From Tetramitus jugosus (Eukaryota > Protista > Heterolobosea): DNA of 64,000 nt. This document shows positions 44,532 to 56,355 of the stretch, in pieces. The translations under genes were made by a program, and so were the position numbers. The notes below the pieces were generated by a model. That model did not search any database. It was not told the origin of the DNA and saw only the letters and a program-made list of their open reading frames with translations. The stretch is taken from the NCBI GenBank assembly GCA_937625935.1, contig OW569376.1:248001-312000 (forward strand). The letters run 5' to 3'. Within the stretch, counting starts at the first letter, position 1; every line of letters begins with the position of its first letter.

Positions 44532-44859
44532 GTGTGTGTGTGCGTATAGAGTTTGAAGAACTGTTGTTGTTGTTGTTGTGTGTTTTCAACGAATGTTTTT
44601 TTGTATTTCTGCGAAATGAGTTCGAACGAAAAAACTGTAGATTGATCGAATGGGAGAGGCGGGATGAAAAAACACGAAAAAAAAAACAAAAAACTCTGAT
44701 CTCAACATCCTACTGTTGCTGCTGCAATCAATTCGATATCGACGACAACAGCACTCTGATTCATAATTTATTATATCGCTCTCACATTCGAATTATTACT
44801 CATTTTTGAAAATTCACTCCAATCTCATTATGACATAAATACAAAAAGTAACAACAATC

Positions 44860-47800
44860 ATGAGTCATCAAAATATCACAACAACCACATCAAACAATCA
44901 TAACATTCATCATGTTGATGATCATTCATTACTGGACAACCAGTGGAAACAACTATGCAATGGACTGATTCTTGCTCATGCAAATTCTGTTCATCTCAAC
45001 AACAACAATGATACTAGCAGTATCACCCAACAACAGCAACAACAATTACAAATTTCACAATCCATTCAATCATTCCTATTAGAGAATGAAAGACGGATGG
45101 TTCAATTGATTTTGCATCAAACTGTTCAATCTCACACTATCCCCCTATTGAATCACCTCTTTTCATTACTATTGTTGTGGTTGTCATCACCATCACCACC
45201 ATCATCAGCAACTACTACTACAACAACAACAACTGCTGCTAATACTACAACAACCACCAGTTCAACAACATTATTGATTCATACCATTGCACAATTGATT
45301 TCTATTTATGATGTAGATGATGATGATGATGATGATGATAACAATAGTGAAAAGAATCATCATCATCGATTGCTCATTGTAGATTGGTTATTACCAATCA
45401 TGAGTAATCCAAGTTCACTGCTGAATACATTGATGACTCATAAGAATCGTGTCATTCATGCATGTTTATTGATATTGAAACAATACATAGTACTATTGAC
45501 AACACATCAACAACAACAACTACAACAACAATCATCATCATCATCATCAACCTCATTGATTTCACAACACTTGTTCTCATCCATCATGAATACATGCAGA
45601 GACGTATTGGATGATTGTTCATCCATTCATCAGATTCACTCTGCTACTGCTGCTTCTACCATTGCGACCAATGTACCTCATGTTTCCCCATCTACCCCTA
45701 TCACTACTACTACTACTACTACTACTCCTCATACAACATTAGTACCCAACAGTGATATGATTCTGGAGCAGACAATGGAAGTGATGCAACTCATTGTTCA
45801 TCATCATTACTCTCATCCAACAACAACAACTATCAGTACTATCAGTACAACTACTGAACTACCGAGTTCATTGATCAATGATGTGATGGATGTGTTGGTG
45901 GGATGGTATTTGGACAGAGATACGAGTATTCGACTCAGAAATCTCATTTCTCAATGCTTTACCCACACTATCAAACCACTCATGATTCACTCTTCTGTTC
46001 ATCATCATCATCATCATTCAATTGTACTGCACATGTTGGATCAATTGTTGAACGATATGAAGAATTCAACAGAAGAGAAGCCCTATCAACTATTTGTCTC
46101 TTGTTTCACAATGCTCATTCCATTATTGATCGGTGGTAGTAGTAGTCATATCAATGGTACGACTCATAATGATACGAGTGATACAACAAGCAGTACTAAT
46201 AGCAGTAGTAGTAGTAGTAATAGTATACATTTATTGATTCATCGATTGTTAAACGTGTTTATTCAATCATTGGACAAGTTCACAGACAAGCACAGAAAGA
46301 TTTGGAAGAGTACATCAGAGTGCATACTGGCTATTGCAAAGACTCATTTGCTATTCTTGCCACTATCATCATCATCATCATCACAACAGACACCAGTTCA
46401 TCATCATCATCATCACCATCATCCACATCATCACTACTATTATCAACATCATCATCTCACATCATGCATGGAATATTATGGCAAAGTGTTGAAACAGAGT
46501 ACAAAGTTTGAATTGTCATTGGATTGGTTCGATTCTGTTGTTCAATTGTTGAACATTGTATTATCATCACAATCATCAACCAACACCACTGGTGGTGGTG
46601 GTGCCATGATGGTTGTTCAATTCCATCACTTTACTCCACTCATGTCATCCATTGTCTCATTTGTTCAAATGATACAGAATACGAATTCGGATGTTCATTT
46701 GCAATTTGGAAAAATTTATCATCTGGTCATTCAATCACTACTCGTCTTGTCGTCATCCTCTTCATCATCCACTACTACTACTACTACTACTACTAGTACT
46801 ACTACTCACAACAATATGAATCATGGTGGTGAATTCAATAATAGTGCAGTAGCAGTGGATAATCGATCGATTATTGTTGATCATGATTGTCCATCGTTGG
46901 AGCAATTGTTGTCATTCATGATGAATGATATTCCTTCACTGATTGTGGACAACAAGAACAAGAAGACAAACAAGAAGAAGAAAAAGTTGCAACAGAGAAG
47001 CAGCAAGAAGCAACAGCATGATGGAATGGATCAGCAGAGTGATGATGATGATGATGATGAAGATGACGACGATGAGAATGTTCATGACAGTGATGAGGAT
47101 CATGATGCTGTTGATGTCAATGTAAAGAACAGCAAGAATTCTATTCACCATGTTGAGAGCAGTGAAGACATTGGAGGAATCATTGATTATGCACAATGGA
47201 ATCACACGACTCAATTGATTGTTACCTTTCAGTTGAGCATGCTCAATTATGTGATATCCTTGTTCATGAAGAGTCATCATACCACATCGCACAAGTATGC
47301 CTATCAATTGACACAGTGCATCATGAATCGGTATCAAGATTGGATGCCATTGATCTATTTGAGTCCGACTCTCTATTACTTGTTTGTCAAGAACTTGTCG
47401 AGTCAACATACGCAACTACTGTCATTGTTGTTCTTGTCATCAGCATCACATGCAGATCATCATGAGGATGAAAATGTGAGCGTCATGCGTAATCAGTTGT
47501 CCCTGGTTCATCAATTGTGTCACATGATGATGGGACACCACAGCCGCAATTCTGATGCTTTACCATGTGAGATCAAGATTGTGTTTCTATCGTGGATACA
47601 CTCCATCATTGTTGCTTGTTCGTCCCATCATCAGTCATTCACAACAGACAGCAATTCCTTTGTGAAGACGCTGCTAAAGATGACAAACGACAATGTGCAC
47701 AACAATCCTAGGATTGGAGAAGAGACAACAACTGGTATCGTAGATCAGAGATCACCTCTATTCAAATTGCTATCGTGCTTGCTGTCGAATGATCCACACG

Positions 47801-50800
47801 TGCAAGTGAGATCAATGGCTGTTCAATTGACTTCCTCAATGATTCAAGGCATGCTTACTCAAACAATCAACGAAAGCTTATCTCAGTGCAGAGATGCATG
47901 CCTGTTTCAACTGATGAGCTTGTTGTTTGTGTCCATTGGTGACAGAAATGAATCTGTTTGGCAGACATCGATCCATGAGATGAGCCATTTTGCACCATTG
48001 CTCATGGATTCCGTCCTGTGGAACAATTTCAAATTGTACAGGACGAATCAAGCAAGTTGCTTACCCGATGCTTCACAATCGATGATTGCGCTACAACAGC
48101 AGCAACAATACATGAATAGCGTCTTGTTCAAGAGTGATGACTTCTTGAAGCTATTTCAATTTTTCACTGGCGATCATTCACCATCAGATGGTTCTCATAC
48201 GTTGGCACACTTTGATCGCATGTATCAATTGATACCTAGTCATCTATTAATGATGACGAACCGACAACCATATCAAGCCAATGATTCAATTATAACCAAT
48301 GAGATCGTGTTTGATCAATGGATTATTCATGAGGCGACGCGCTATTGTTTGTTCCATCGGTTTCGAACCAGCTTTGGAAATGCTGTGCAAACGTTTGAAC
48401 AATTCGAATCAGTGTTGAAAGGAATGATTCATGAGCAAAAACAACTCAAGGGTCAAACTAATGTCTCTCAAGCATTGACCAGAAGGATATCACTGTTTGT
48501 TGATTTCCTTAACGAGTTGGAAAAACAGTTGACACTTGTTATTGATGGTCTGAAACTATCAGAATATCCAGCCAATGTCCACACGTTCTTCCAAGCGAAT
48601 GCCAAGGTTTGTCAAGATTGGTTTTCTCGTCTCAGACCACTCATTGTCAAGGTGAGTATGACGACCCGCACGGCAACAACATCTCAGATCCGTAACACAC
48701 TCTCTGGTCTGTCCGAGCTAAAAAATCAATTATTGAACAATATCGGTCATCCATCTGTGTTTATCAGGGGTTACAACGAACTGGAAACTATTCTTATAGA
48801 TTTGTGTGTGACATTGAGCCTCAATGGGGATTCTGATATGATTGTTGGTTTACTAGCAACGTTGAAACACATTATTGATCAGTTGGATTCCACTTCATAC
48901 GCCCACGTACAACAAAGAGCTATGTTGCTTGAGTCTGCTCTCCATGGAACTCTGAATCAGGGCTGTGGACGATATGAGAGAGCAATCGAATATTATGAAT
49001 CTGCAATCAAAGTATCACCAAGTGAAACGGCGCTGAGTGAGTACACTCGCATGATTGTGATCAATCAACTACTCAATTGTTATGGTTATTGTGATGAATC
49101 TCAATTAAGCAGTCAAAGAGATTCTCACTCCTCGTCTTTTGTTCACAACTCGGTCAAATATGAACAAGTGTTGTCAGAGTTTGACACAGTTGGTCGCAAC
49201 ACAAGTATGGAAGATGAATTGTCTCTTCACAAGGTCAGTGGTTGTCTACTCGAGCAGAAGAGATTGTTGGACAGTGATTGTTCATCATTTTCTGTTGCAT
49301 TACCATTCAGATCTGAACTTTTATCAATGGCTAGAGCGACTAGCAACGAAATTGGTTCCTATTTTGCCCTCATGCATCTCAGCATCCTCGTCACAAATCA
49401 ACCTGCACCTCAGAGAGAAGAAGATGTCGTCCCGTTCGAGACTGCAGATTATCTCTTCTCGAGAGTGACTTCAGATCACAAGACCAAATTGTTCTATCTG
49501 AATCAAAAGTCACAGCTCATGACAAAGAAGATGATAACAAGTGATCCAAGTTTACTTGTTGTGCAGTCTGAAGTCAATAGAGCTTTGCACAACTTCAACG
49601 CCTGTGAAGTCGTGTTAGACAACATGGAGAAGTTGTACAACGCCCAAAAGAGAATCAAAAAGTCAGCAAGTGATTTTGATTTGGTTAAAGTGCATTATGA
49701 GAGAGCTTTGCTTTTACATGACCGTGATGCTGATAGAGTTCGTGGCATAGAGTGTCTCTGTAAGGCTATTCGTTTGTGCAATGATCATCCATCTACCGCA
49801 CAACATCAGCATCAATTATCAAGAATGTTGGTACAGCTTTATGATTGGTCATCCAATAACAGCAATGTCAATAGTGAAGACGTGCATCAACTCATTATCT
49901 CTTCTTGCGATATTCACAAGACTGAACAAGCAACGAGCAATGACATTACAACTCGTGGTGAAGATTTACTCAGAGAGCTCCTGTTGAAGGCTGTTGCTGT
50001 TGATCCACATGACAGAACTTCTTTGGTAAAGTATGCTCGGTGGTGTCAATCACAGGATATGATTGAAGAAGCCATTGTGTACTATCTGAAGAGTCTACAA
50101 CAACAATTCAATGGTACTGATCCTGCTAATGCTATCCGAGAGTTGAATGTGAATATTGTGTTGCAACTGCTTCGATTCTTCACAGATTACAAGAGATGTG
50201 TATCGTTGTTAGAAAATGAATCCATTATGACTGCGATTGATTCAACAGCAGCTTTTGTTTGGTTTGATATTATTCCTCAGATATTGTCTCATATTGGTGA
50301 TCTCCAGCGATTAGAAAAGGAGGATGCCCCGACAGCTGATGCAATCAAGAGAAACAATGTTATCAAAAAATTGTTGGTCAAGATTGGAAAAGAACGACCA
50401 CAGTTGGTTGTTTATCCCATCATTGTCGGCACAAGATGTAATCCGTCTGATGAGAGCACCACCGGTCGAATGTACAGAGAAATATTGTTTGAGATTGTCA
50501 CCTGTTCTCCATCATCGCATGCTCGAATGTTCGATGGTGTGGAGTTGTTTGTAAACGAATTGAGTCGCATTACTCTGTTGAGAGAGGAACGATGGATGAA
50601 CGCCATTCCGATTCTAGTCAGAAGACTTGAGAAAGCGCTCGACATTGTACGATCACTGCCGACAGCAGCAATGCAACAGGAGTCACCATCGCTTCTGGTA
50701 GACAATGCCTGGAACAGCTACGTTCAAACAGTAAGCGATGTATTAACTGCTATCGAGCAATTGTTTGAAGACACGAGCAGTGCTCCCGAGACTAAGCAAG

Positions 50801-53800
50801 AATACATCTTCCAGGACAAGTATGAATCAATCATTAGTAGCTGTGTCAATAGTCTACGCTCGGAGCACATACATCTTGACTCTATCAGTTACAACAAGCA
50901 AGCAACAGAAAAGACAGAATCAATTTCGATGGTGATACGTCAACTGAATCAATTGCACAAGATATTCACTCACAACATGTACTACACAGTGTCAGGCCAC
51001 AAGATGAACGGGCGAAAGACTGGTGGTGGTGGCATACTTAAATTGAACAATATCTCACCAACACTGGCTTCGATGAAAGATATAAGATTTGTTCAGTATC
51101 ATAACTCTATTCCAATGCCTGGTAGCGCTGACATTGACACCATACAAGAAGCAAGTAGTTCAAATCCAAGCGTTACTAATGGTATTGTCACAGTGTCTTC
51201 CTTGAAGGACATGATTCAAATAGTTGCCTCAAAGACAAAGCCAAAACGTTTCAGTGTGTTTGGTTCTGATGGCAAACTGTACACCTACTTGTTAAAGGGA
51301 AGAGAAGATTTGCATCTCGACGAACGAATTATGCAATTCTTGAGAGTTGTGAACATTAGTCTTTTGAGTTCTGGGTCTGACAACAGGTTTTTACGTGCGC
51401 GTCACTACTCTGTTGTTCCACTCGGAGAGAGAAGTGGCTTGATTCGATGGGTCGATGGTGCCCAACCCATATTCAGCCTACACAGAAAATGGTATTTGAA
51501 TAAGCAGGTAGTGGAGCAGAGACAGGCAGGAGCTCAACCGACGAGTACACTGCAACCGTTCAGACCCGTCGATATGTACTGTGAAAAGTTAGTGGCAGCT
51601 CTCAAGAAAGCAGGTATCAAGAAGGCAGTGCACCCCTATCCAGCAGATGTCTTGAAAAAGGTCTATGCCCAAATGGTTTCAGCAATTCCCTCTGATTTGT
51701 TGTCCAAGGAGTTGTGGCTCAAGTCTGAAAACTTGAATGAGTGGTGGGACAAATCTCGCTCATTTAGTCGTTCACTAGCTGTGATGAGCATGATTGGATA
51801 CGTGATTGGACTTGGTGATAGACACTTAGACAACATACTGTTGGATACAAGCAGTGGAGAAATTGTGCACATTGACTATAATGTTTGTTTTGATAAGGGG
51901 TTACTGTTGAAGGTACCTGAAGTTGTTCCATTCAGAATGACTCCTGTCTTGCATGATGCACTGGGTCTCACTGGTGTGGAGGGCACATTCCGAATGACTT
52001 GTGAGAAAACATTGAATGTTATGAAACAATCAAAGCAGACACTGTTGATGTTGTTGGAGGCATTCATCTATGACCCGTTGGTTGATTGGCAAACACCGAG
52101 CACTGTTGTTACACGAGACAATCATACCATACATCAGAGTCCAGATGAGATGGATGAAGTAGTATCTTCTGGTAGTAAGACGACGGAGCATAAAGTGGCT
52201 CTTCGTCTGTGTGCGAGTCGAATGGAAGAAATAAGACCACAACTCAAGAAGGTCTTCCACAATTTTGAAGAGCAATTAGATCACAATCGTAGCTCCTACA
52301 CTAAATGGGTAGAATACTTGCAGAATCAATCCGGTTTGATTTTCAAGTTTTCCAGTATGGAGAAGCCTTTGTCTATGAATAAGGAATCTCATGCATCCAT
52401 CGAAATTCATAGCACGACGAGTAGCGTGACAGAGGATCAGGAAATTATGGTGAATCAACAGGTCGCTCTATTGGAAGGTGAGTTGAAGAAGTACTCTGAT
52501 ATTTCAGAGTCTCACAACAAGATGTTCGAATCTGTGGTCGCTGTGGATGCTAATTCTCTGGCAGCCTGCACAACCATCAATCCCGCCCTCCTTCACTCAC
52601 CCAATCCTCAAATTGCACATGTAATGCCATTCATCCATCAAGTCATACCTCCTCAACTGATCACTCTCTCCCAGTACCAACTGCTGGAGTCACAAGTCAT
52701 GAACCAGGTGAATACTTTCAACATGAATGTTCAACAATTGATTGACACATTCTTGCAGTATCGTAGCCATATTTCCTTATTCTCGTTTATGGAGTTCATG
52801 CAGTCGGACAAGTCATATATTTGGAGCAGCTATTTGCAACAAGTGTTAATTGATCCTACATTGGTCAACATTGATCAAATGTTGGAAAAGTTTGCATCTC
52901 TGAGTAGCCGTGAGAATATGCTCAAAACAATTCAAAGTATTCAATCCTTCTCCAATCAATCCAAACGTCTTTCATCCATTCTTCAGTCATGTCAAGAAAA
53001 GTTGGACCATTGTTTGGCTCGGGTCCAATATTTGGACAAGGATAGACAAGAGAGCTTTGAATTATTTGTTACGTTCAATCACCAATTTTCATCATCTCAA
53101 CAGATCATACCTGACATACTCCGTTTCGTTCTGGGATCCATCTCCAGTGAGTTGGCAAGTACCATCGAACGAGGTGGTGACAACAGTGGCATCATCGCAT
53201 CTGGAGAAAACACCACGAAAGAGCTTGCACTGGATTGTAAAGCGCTACGGCAACTATCCAACATTGCATCCAAACTCAAGGTCTTGAAGGAAGTACAACC
53301 TCACCTTACTCACCGTTCAATATCTGTACCCCTTCAGCCTTCTGCCGCTCAGATTGATCTACTGACGGACACTCTATATCAACTCATCTCGAGTGTAATG
53401 GATCTGTTGAACAAATTCCGTCGTATCTTGCTACCTGAAACACAGAGTGCAATTCAAAGTGGTCATATTACTGTTCTTCATGAGTTGGAATCGATGATTC
53501 AGTTGTCAACAAGATGGAAACAACAACAACAGCAGCCACACAACAGAACCTCAATCATGACTCAGTATCAGCAACAAGTTTCACTAGATCAATCCAATCC
53601 ATCATCCATTCTGCTGGCAGCATATGACAGCTTGTTTGTTGCATGCGAGAAGCAATTTAGAGAGCTAAGCACCGTAGATTCCGTGGCACTGGAGCAAATT
53701 CTATTCGACTCCAAATTGACAACGATAGGAGCTCTGTTGGAAACAATCATGGAGCACTCTCAGCAGCACTCCCACCATCATGATGATCGAAATGAAGAAC

Positions 53801-55527
53801 TTTCCATGTACCAAACATGTATCAATGCTATACAACAAGGTTATGTCAATGTATTGATTCAACAAGTCTCTCTGAGAACACTGTCCAGTTTGCTCAACAC
53901 TTGGAATGATCGATTCGCAGAATCAATTGCGTCATTCTCTGAGCAAGAACAATCATTATTCGGCAAATTGGACACTGTTATCCTTCAACAACAAGAATAC
54001 GACTGGGAGAAGATTGAGGTACAATGGCTACACATGCACCAATCGTTCATTCAGCACAGCTTGGACTCTGTTCATAAGGAACTAACCAAGTTTGTCTGGT
54101 CCAGTTGTTACTATGATCAAATCCCAGAGGTTCCAGAGTGCAATGACAACAACAACAATTTGGTCTCGACAATCATCTCCGGTTTGGTGCAATCCAAACA
54201 TCACATCATGAATCAATTACAACTTCAAGTCAACTCACTCAGTGTGCTTGTCTCTCAAATGAGTGCGTCAGTCAGTTCATACATGTCCATCGAGTATCAA
54301 ATCCTATCCATGTGTATTTCCTTGAGTACATCGATTGGTCTCAGCCAGGATCAATTGACTGTACTGTCCAACAATTGGCAGGAGAAGAAATTGGTGATTG
54401 AATCATGCATATTGAGTACGATGAGTCCTGTGGCGTCCTTTATTGAACTATGCAAACAAGTGATAACTATGGAACAATCAATCTATAGGAGAGCCTCATT
54501 GACCCCCCATTCTCACTCTCACACGACAGAGGACAAGAGCAGCCATCCTCCTCATCATGAATCTTCAGAGGAAGAAAGTCAATTGATCGAGCTGATTGAG
54601 GGATGGAGATCAGTGATCAATCAGTTCTCTCTCATTCAGAAACAAGCTTATCATGATAAGAACTATCGTCGTGCCTATGATCAACTCTTGGTTCGATACA
54701 AGAATATCAGTGGAACGTTCCAACTGCTGGCCAACAAGTGGTTGAGTGAATGGAGAATGTTTTTGGGTGACATTGGAAGGCAATATTGTGAATTGTTGAC
54801 TGAGATTGAACAATCGATGGAAGGTCTCGATGTGACAGAGAAGAAACTGCCTCCATCCGCTTCGTCGTCTTTCGTCAATAATACTGTGCCACCACCATCA
54901 CCACCACAACAACAACAAGAAGTGCAAGAGTATGACAAAGCTGGACAACAGTTTGTGGAATCATCATCCAAGAACACAATCACCTCGGCTGTCAACAGCT
55001 TGCAATCCACCATTCACAATCAATTGAAACTGTTGGATCAGTTGGGTCATTTGTTGAACGAACAGGAACGAAAGTTGCAGTCTCTTGTGTCTCAGCGACA
55101 ACAGCATCAGCAGCCCGTCATTGTGATTGAAGACCAGCCCATGGATTCACAAGTGATTCAAGATTTGTTCAGTTGTAAATCATTCGTGATGAGTTCATTT
55201 GAAACAATGATTGTTTCATGTGCTCAAGCGCACAAGAACATTCAAGCACAGATGGATCAGATATTACAAATGGTTGGCAACGTCACTTCAGACGAAGAAA
55301 TCTATTCTCTTCGTAGCAATGAGAGTATCGAAGAACAATTGTCTGTTGCCGTGAATAACGTGTATGGAGAAGGTAGTAATGCCTATGCCATGGATGTCCT
55401 GCTTCGTGTGGCCCAAAGATTGGAAGATCGACGCACGATTTCCGAGCAGGTAGAGTTTGTTATTGCTCAGGCAACCAGCATTTACAATTTGTCATCAATG
55501 TATGAAGGATGGTGTGCATTCTGTTAA
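44860..55527 (+). CDS. SMG1: PIKK-family NMD kinase SMG1 (3555 aa, single open frame)
   Basis: RFRTSFGNAVQTFEQFE and FFQANAKVCQDWFSRLR SMG1-domain motifs; SKTKPKR..YLLKGREDLHLDERIMQFL; GLGDRHLDN; HIDYNVCF; long post-kinase insertion; FATC NLSSMYEGWCAFC. Confidence 0.93.
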   Translation: MSHQNITTTTSNNHNIHHVDDHSLLDNQWKQLCNGLILAHANSVHLNNNNDTSSITQQQQQQLQISQSIQSFLLENERRMVQLILHQTVQSHTIPLLNHLFSLLLLWLSSPSPPSSATTTTTTTTAANTTTTTSSTTLLIHTIAQLISIYDVDDDDDDDDNNSEKNHHHRLLIVDWLLPIMSNPSSLLNTLMTHKNRVIHACLLILKQYIVLLTTHQQQQLQQQSSSSSSTSLISQHLFSSIMNTCRDVLDDCSSIHQIHSATAASTIATNVPHVSPSTPITTTTTTTTPHTTLVPNSDMILEQTMEVMQLIVHHHYSHPTTTTISTISTTTELPSSLINDVMDVLVGWYLDRDTSIRLRNLISQCFTHTIKPLMIHSSVHHHHHHSIVLHMLDQLLNDMKNSTEEKPYQLFVSCFTMLIPLLIGGSSSHINGTTHNDTSDTTSSTNSSSSSSNSIHLLIHRLLNVFIQSLDKFTDKHRKIWKSTSECILAIAKTHLLFLPLSSSSSSQQTPVHHHHHHHHPHHHYYYQHHHLTSCMEYYGKVLKQSTKFELSLDWFDSVVQLLNIVLSSQSSTNTTGGGGAMMVVQFHHFTPLMSSIVSFVQMIQNTNSDVHLQFGKIYHLVIQSLLVLSSSSSSSTTTTTTTTSTTTHNNMNHGGEFNNSAVAVDNRSIIVDHDCPSLEQLLSFMMNDIPSLIVDNKNKKTNKKKKKLQQRSSKKQQHDGMDQQSDDDDDDEDDDDENVHDSDEDHDAVDVNVKNSKNSIHHVESSEDIGGIIDYAQWNHTTQLIVTFQLSMLNYVISLFMKSHHTTSHKYAYQLTQCIMNRYQDWMPLIYLSPTLYYLFVKNLSSQHTQLLSLLFLSSASHADHHEDENVSVMRNQLSLVHQLCHMMMGHHSRNSDALPCEIKIVFLSWIHSIIVACSSHHQSFTTDSNSFVKTLLKMTNDNVHNNPRIGEETTTGIVDQRSPLFKLLSCLLSNDPHVQVRSMAVQLTSSMIQGMLTQTINESLSQCRDACLFQLMSLLFVSIGDRNESVWQTSIHEMSHFAPLLMDSVLWNNFKLYRTNQASCLPDASQSMIALQQQQQYMNSVLFKSDDFLKLFQFFTGDHSPSDGSHTLAHFDRMYQLIPSHLLMMTNRQPYQANDSIITNEIVFDQWIIHEATRYCLFHRFRTSFGNAVQTFEQFESVLKGMIHEQKQLKGQTNVSQALTRRISLFVDFLNELEKQLTLVIDGLKLSEYPANVHTFFQANAKVCQDWFSRLRPLIVKVSMTTRTATTSQIRNTLSGLSELKNQLLNNIGHPSVFIRGYNELETILIDLCVTLSLNGDSDMIVGLLATLKHIIDQLDSTSYAHVQQRAMLLESALHGTLNQGCGRYERAIEYYESAIKVSPSETALSEYTRMIVINQLLNCYGYCDESQLSSQRDSHSSSFVHNSVKYEQVLSEFDTVGRNTSMEDELSLHKVSGCLLEQKRLLDSDCSSFSVALPFRSELLSMARATSNEIGSYFALMHLSILVTNQPAPQREEDVVPFETADYLFSRVTSDHKTKLFYLNQKSQLMTKKMITSDPSLLVVQSEVNRALHNFNACEVVLDNMEKLYNAQKRIKKSASDFDLVKVHYERALLLHDRDADRVRGIECLCKAIRLCNDHPSTAQHQHQLSRMLVQLYDWSSNNSNVNSEDVHQLIISSCDIHKTEQATSNDITTRGEDLLRELLLKAVAVDPHDRTSLVKYARWCQSQDMIEEAIVYYLKSLQQQFNGTDPANAIRELNVNIVLQLLRFFTDYKRCVSLLENESIMTAIDSTAAFVWFDIIPQILSHIGDLQRLEKEDAPTADAIKRNNVIKKLLVKIGKERPQLVVYPIIVGTRCNPSDESTTGRMYREILFEIVTCSPSSHARMFDGVELFVNELSRITLLREERWMNAIPILVRRLEKALDIVRSLPTAAMQQESPSLLVDNAWNSYVQTVSDVLTAIEQLFEDTSSAPETKQEYIFQDKYESIISSCVNSLRSEHIHLDSISYNKQATEKTESISMVIRQLNQLHKIFTHNMYYTVSGHKMNGRKTGGGGILKLNNISPTLASMKDIRFVQYHNSIPMPGSADIDTIQEASSSNPSVTNGIVTVSSLKDMIQIVASKTKPKRFSVFGSDGKLYTYLLKGREDLHLDERIMQFLRVVNISLLSSGSDNRFLRARHYSVVPLGERSGLIRWVDGAQPIFSLHRKWYLNKQVVEQRQAGAQPTSTLQPFRPVDMYCEKLVAALKKAGIKKAVHPYPADVLKKVYAQMVSAIPSDLLSKELWLKSENLNEWWDKSRSFSRSLAVMSMIGYVIGLGDRHLDNILLDTSSGEIVHIDYNVCFDKGLLLKVPEVVPFRMTPVLHDALGLTGVEGTFRMTCEKTLNVMKQSKQTLLMLLEAFIYDPLVDWQTPSTVVTRDNHTIHQSPDEMDEVVSSGSKTTEHKVALRLCASRMEEIRPQLKKVFHNFEEQLDHNRSSYTKWVEYLQNQSGLIFKFSSMEKPLSMNKESHASIEIHSTTSSVTEDQEIMVNQQVALLEGELKKYSDISESHNKMFESVVAVDANSLAACTTINPALLHSPNPQIAHVMPFIHQVIPPQLITLSQYQLLESQVMNQVNTFNMNVQQLIDTFLQYRSHISLFSFMEFMQSDKSYIWSSYLQQVLIDPTLVNIDQMLEKFASLSSRENMLKTIQSIQSFSNQSKRLSSILQSCQEKLDHCLARVQYLDKDRQESFELFVTFNHQFSSSQQIIPDILRFVLGSISSELASTIERGGDNSGIIASGENTTKELALDCKALRQLSNIASKLKVLKEVQPHLTHRSISVPLQPSAAQIDLLTDTLYQLISSVMDLLNKFRRILLPETQSAIQSGHITVLHELESMIQLSTRWKQQQQQPHNRTSIMTQYQQQVSLDQSNPSSILLAAYDSLFVACEKQFRELSTVDSVALEQILFDSKLTTIGALLETIMEHSQQHSHHHDDRNEELSMYQTCINAIQQGYVNVLIQQVSLRTLSSLLNTWNDRFAESIASFSEQEQSLFGKLDTVILQQQEYDWEKIEVQWLHMHQSFIQHSLDSVHKELTKFVWSSCYYDQIPEVPECNDNNNNLVSTIISGLVQSKHHIMNQLQLQVNSLSVLVSQMSASVSSYMSIEYQILSMCISLSTSIGLSQDQLTVLSNNWQEKKLVIESCILSTMSPVASFIELCKQVITMEQSIYRRASLTPHSHSHTTEDKSSHPPHHESSEEESQLIELIEGWRSVINQFSLIQKQAYHDKNYRRAYDQLLVRYKNISGTFQLLANKWLSEWRMFLGDIGRQYCELLTEIEQSMEGLDVTEKKLPPSASSSFVNNTVPPPSPPQQQQEVQEYDKAGQQFVESSSKNTITSAVNSLQSTIHNQLKLLDQLGHLLNEQERKLQSLVSQRQQHQQPVIVIEDQPMDSQVIQDLFSCKSFVMSSFETMIVSCAQAHKNIQAQMDQILQMVGNVTSDEEIYSLRSNESIEEQLSVAVNNVYGEGSNAYAMDVLLRVAQRLEDRRTISEQVEFVIAQATSIYNLSSMYEGWCAFC

Positions 55528-55981
55528 GGTTGACCTCTGCCGATAATAATCAATAAAATGGAGTATTCGTACGAAGAACCGTTGAACTTAGCTTAACAAA
55601 GACAACTAATTACCTTGTAAATGAGACAATTAGCGCAGGAGCCCAGACGTTTGGAATCCATTGTCGCTACATGCTCATACAGCTAACAAGGACAAACAAT
55701 CAAGCACAGGCGCGGAATTCTTAAAACGCAACAACAACGCAAAGACGTGGTGTCTCTGTGCTACCGCATTTCGCAGAGATTTAAAAATACTCTCATGTTC
55801 AGTTTATTAATATTTATACAAGAATACTAATATAATATTAATATTTAGTTGTTTACGTTCTCAGCATAAATATACTTTAATTTGTTTTATACATGTTTTC
55901 TTTCATGAATTTTGTGTAATTAAACTTCAAATATTTTGGTATCCATTTCTGGAAGTACCAGTTGATTCCAACATACCTGCT

Positions 55982-56040
55982 CCTGAAAGGTATTAACCGT
56001 CCTATTTGGAAAGGAATGGGGACGGTTGAATCCTTTCAGG
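55982..56040. other. 59-nt near-perfect inverted repeat (hairpin)
   Basis: CCTGAAAGG-T-ATT-AACCGTCC-TATTT ... GAATG-G-GGACGGTT-G-AAT-CCTTTCAGG. Confidence 0.85.
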
Positions 56041-56355
56041 TTTCTCTATCTTTTTAAAAAAGAAAGCTGCAAACAGTGACAAATTTCCGTCTTCTCGGTT
56101 TCATCGATCTGTAAAAGTGGTCAAGACACCAAGTGATCTTCTTCCTTCTTGGGATCAAGTGTCGAAAGGAAGAGTAATAGAACTGAGAATAATATCAGCA
56201 CAATTGGTTGCTTGAGATGATTCATTTTGTAGTTGTAGTATTCAAGAATAAAAACAACGTAGTTGTAAAGCAATAGGCAATCGAACGCAAAGAATTATGT
56301 GACTGCTGTGAGCTTGAACGTCCATGAAAACTCTTGTCAATCATTTCGATTTATT

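Noticed and set aside
55971-55979. ACATACCTG, complementary to the dominant CAG|GTATGT donor, as a variant U1 snRNA 5' end
   Set aside because: No U1-70K loop (GATCACGAAG), U1A loop or properly placed Sm site downstream; equally explicable as a chance or minus-strand donor site.
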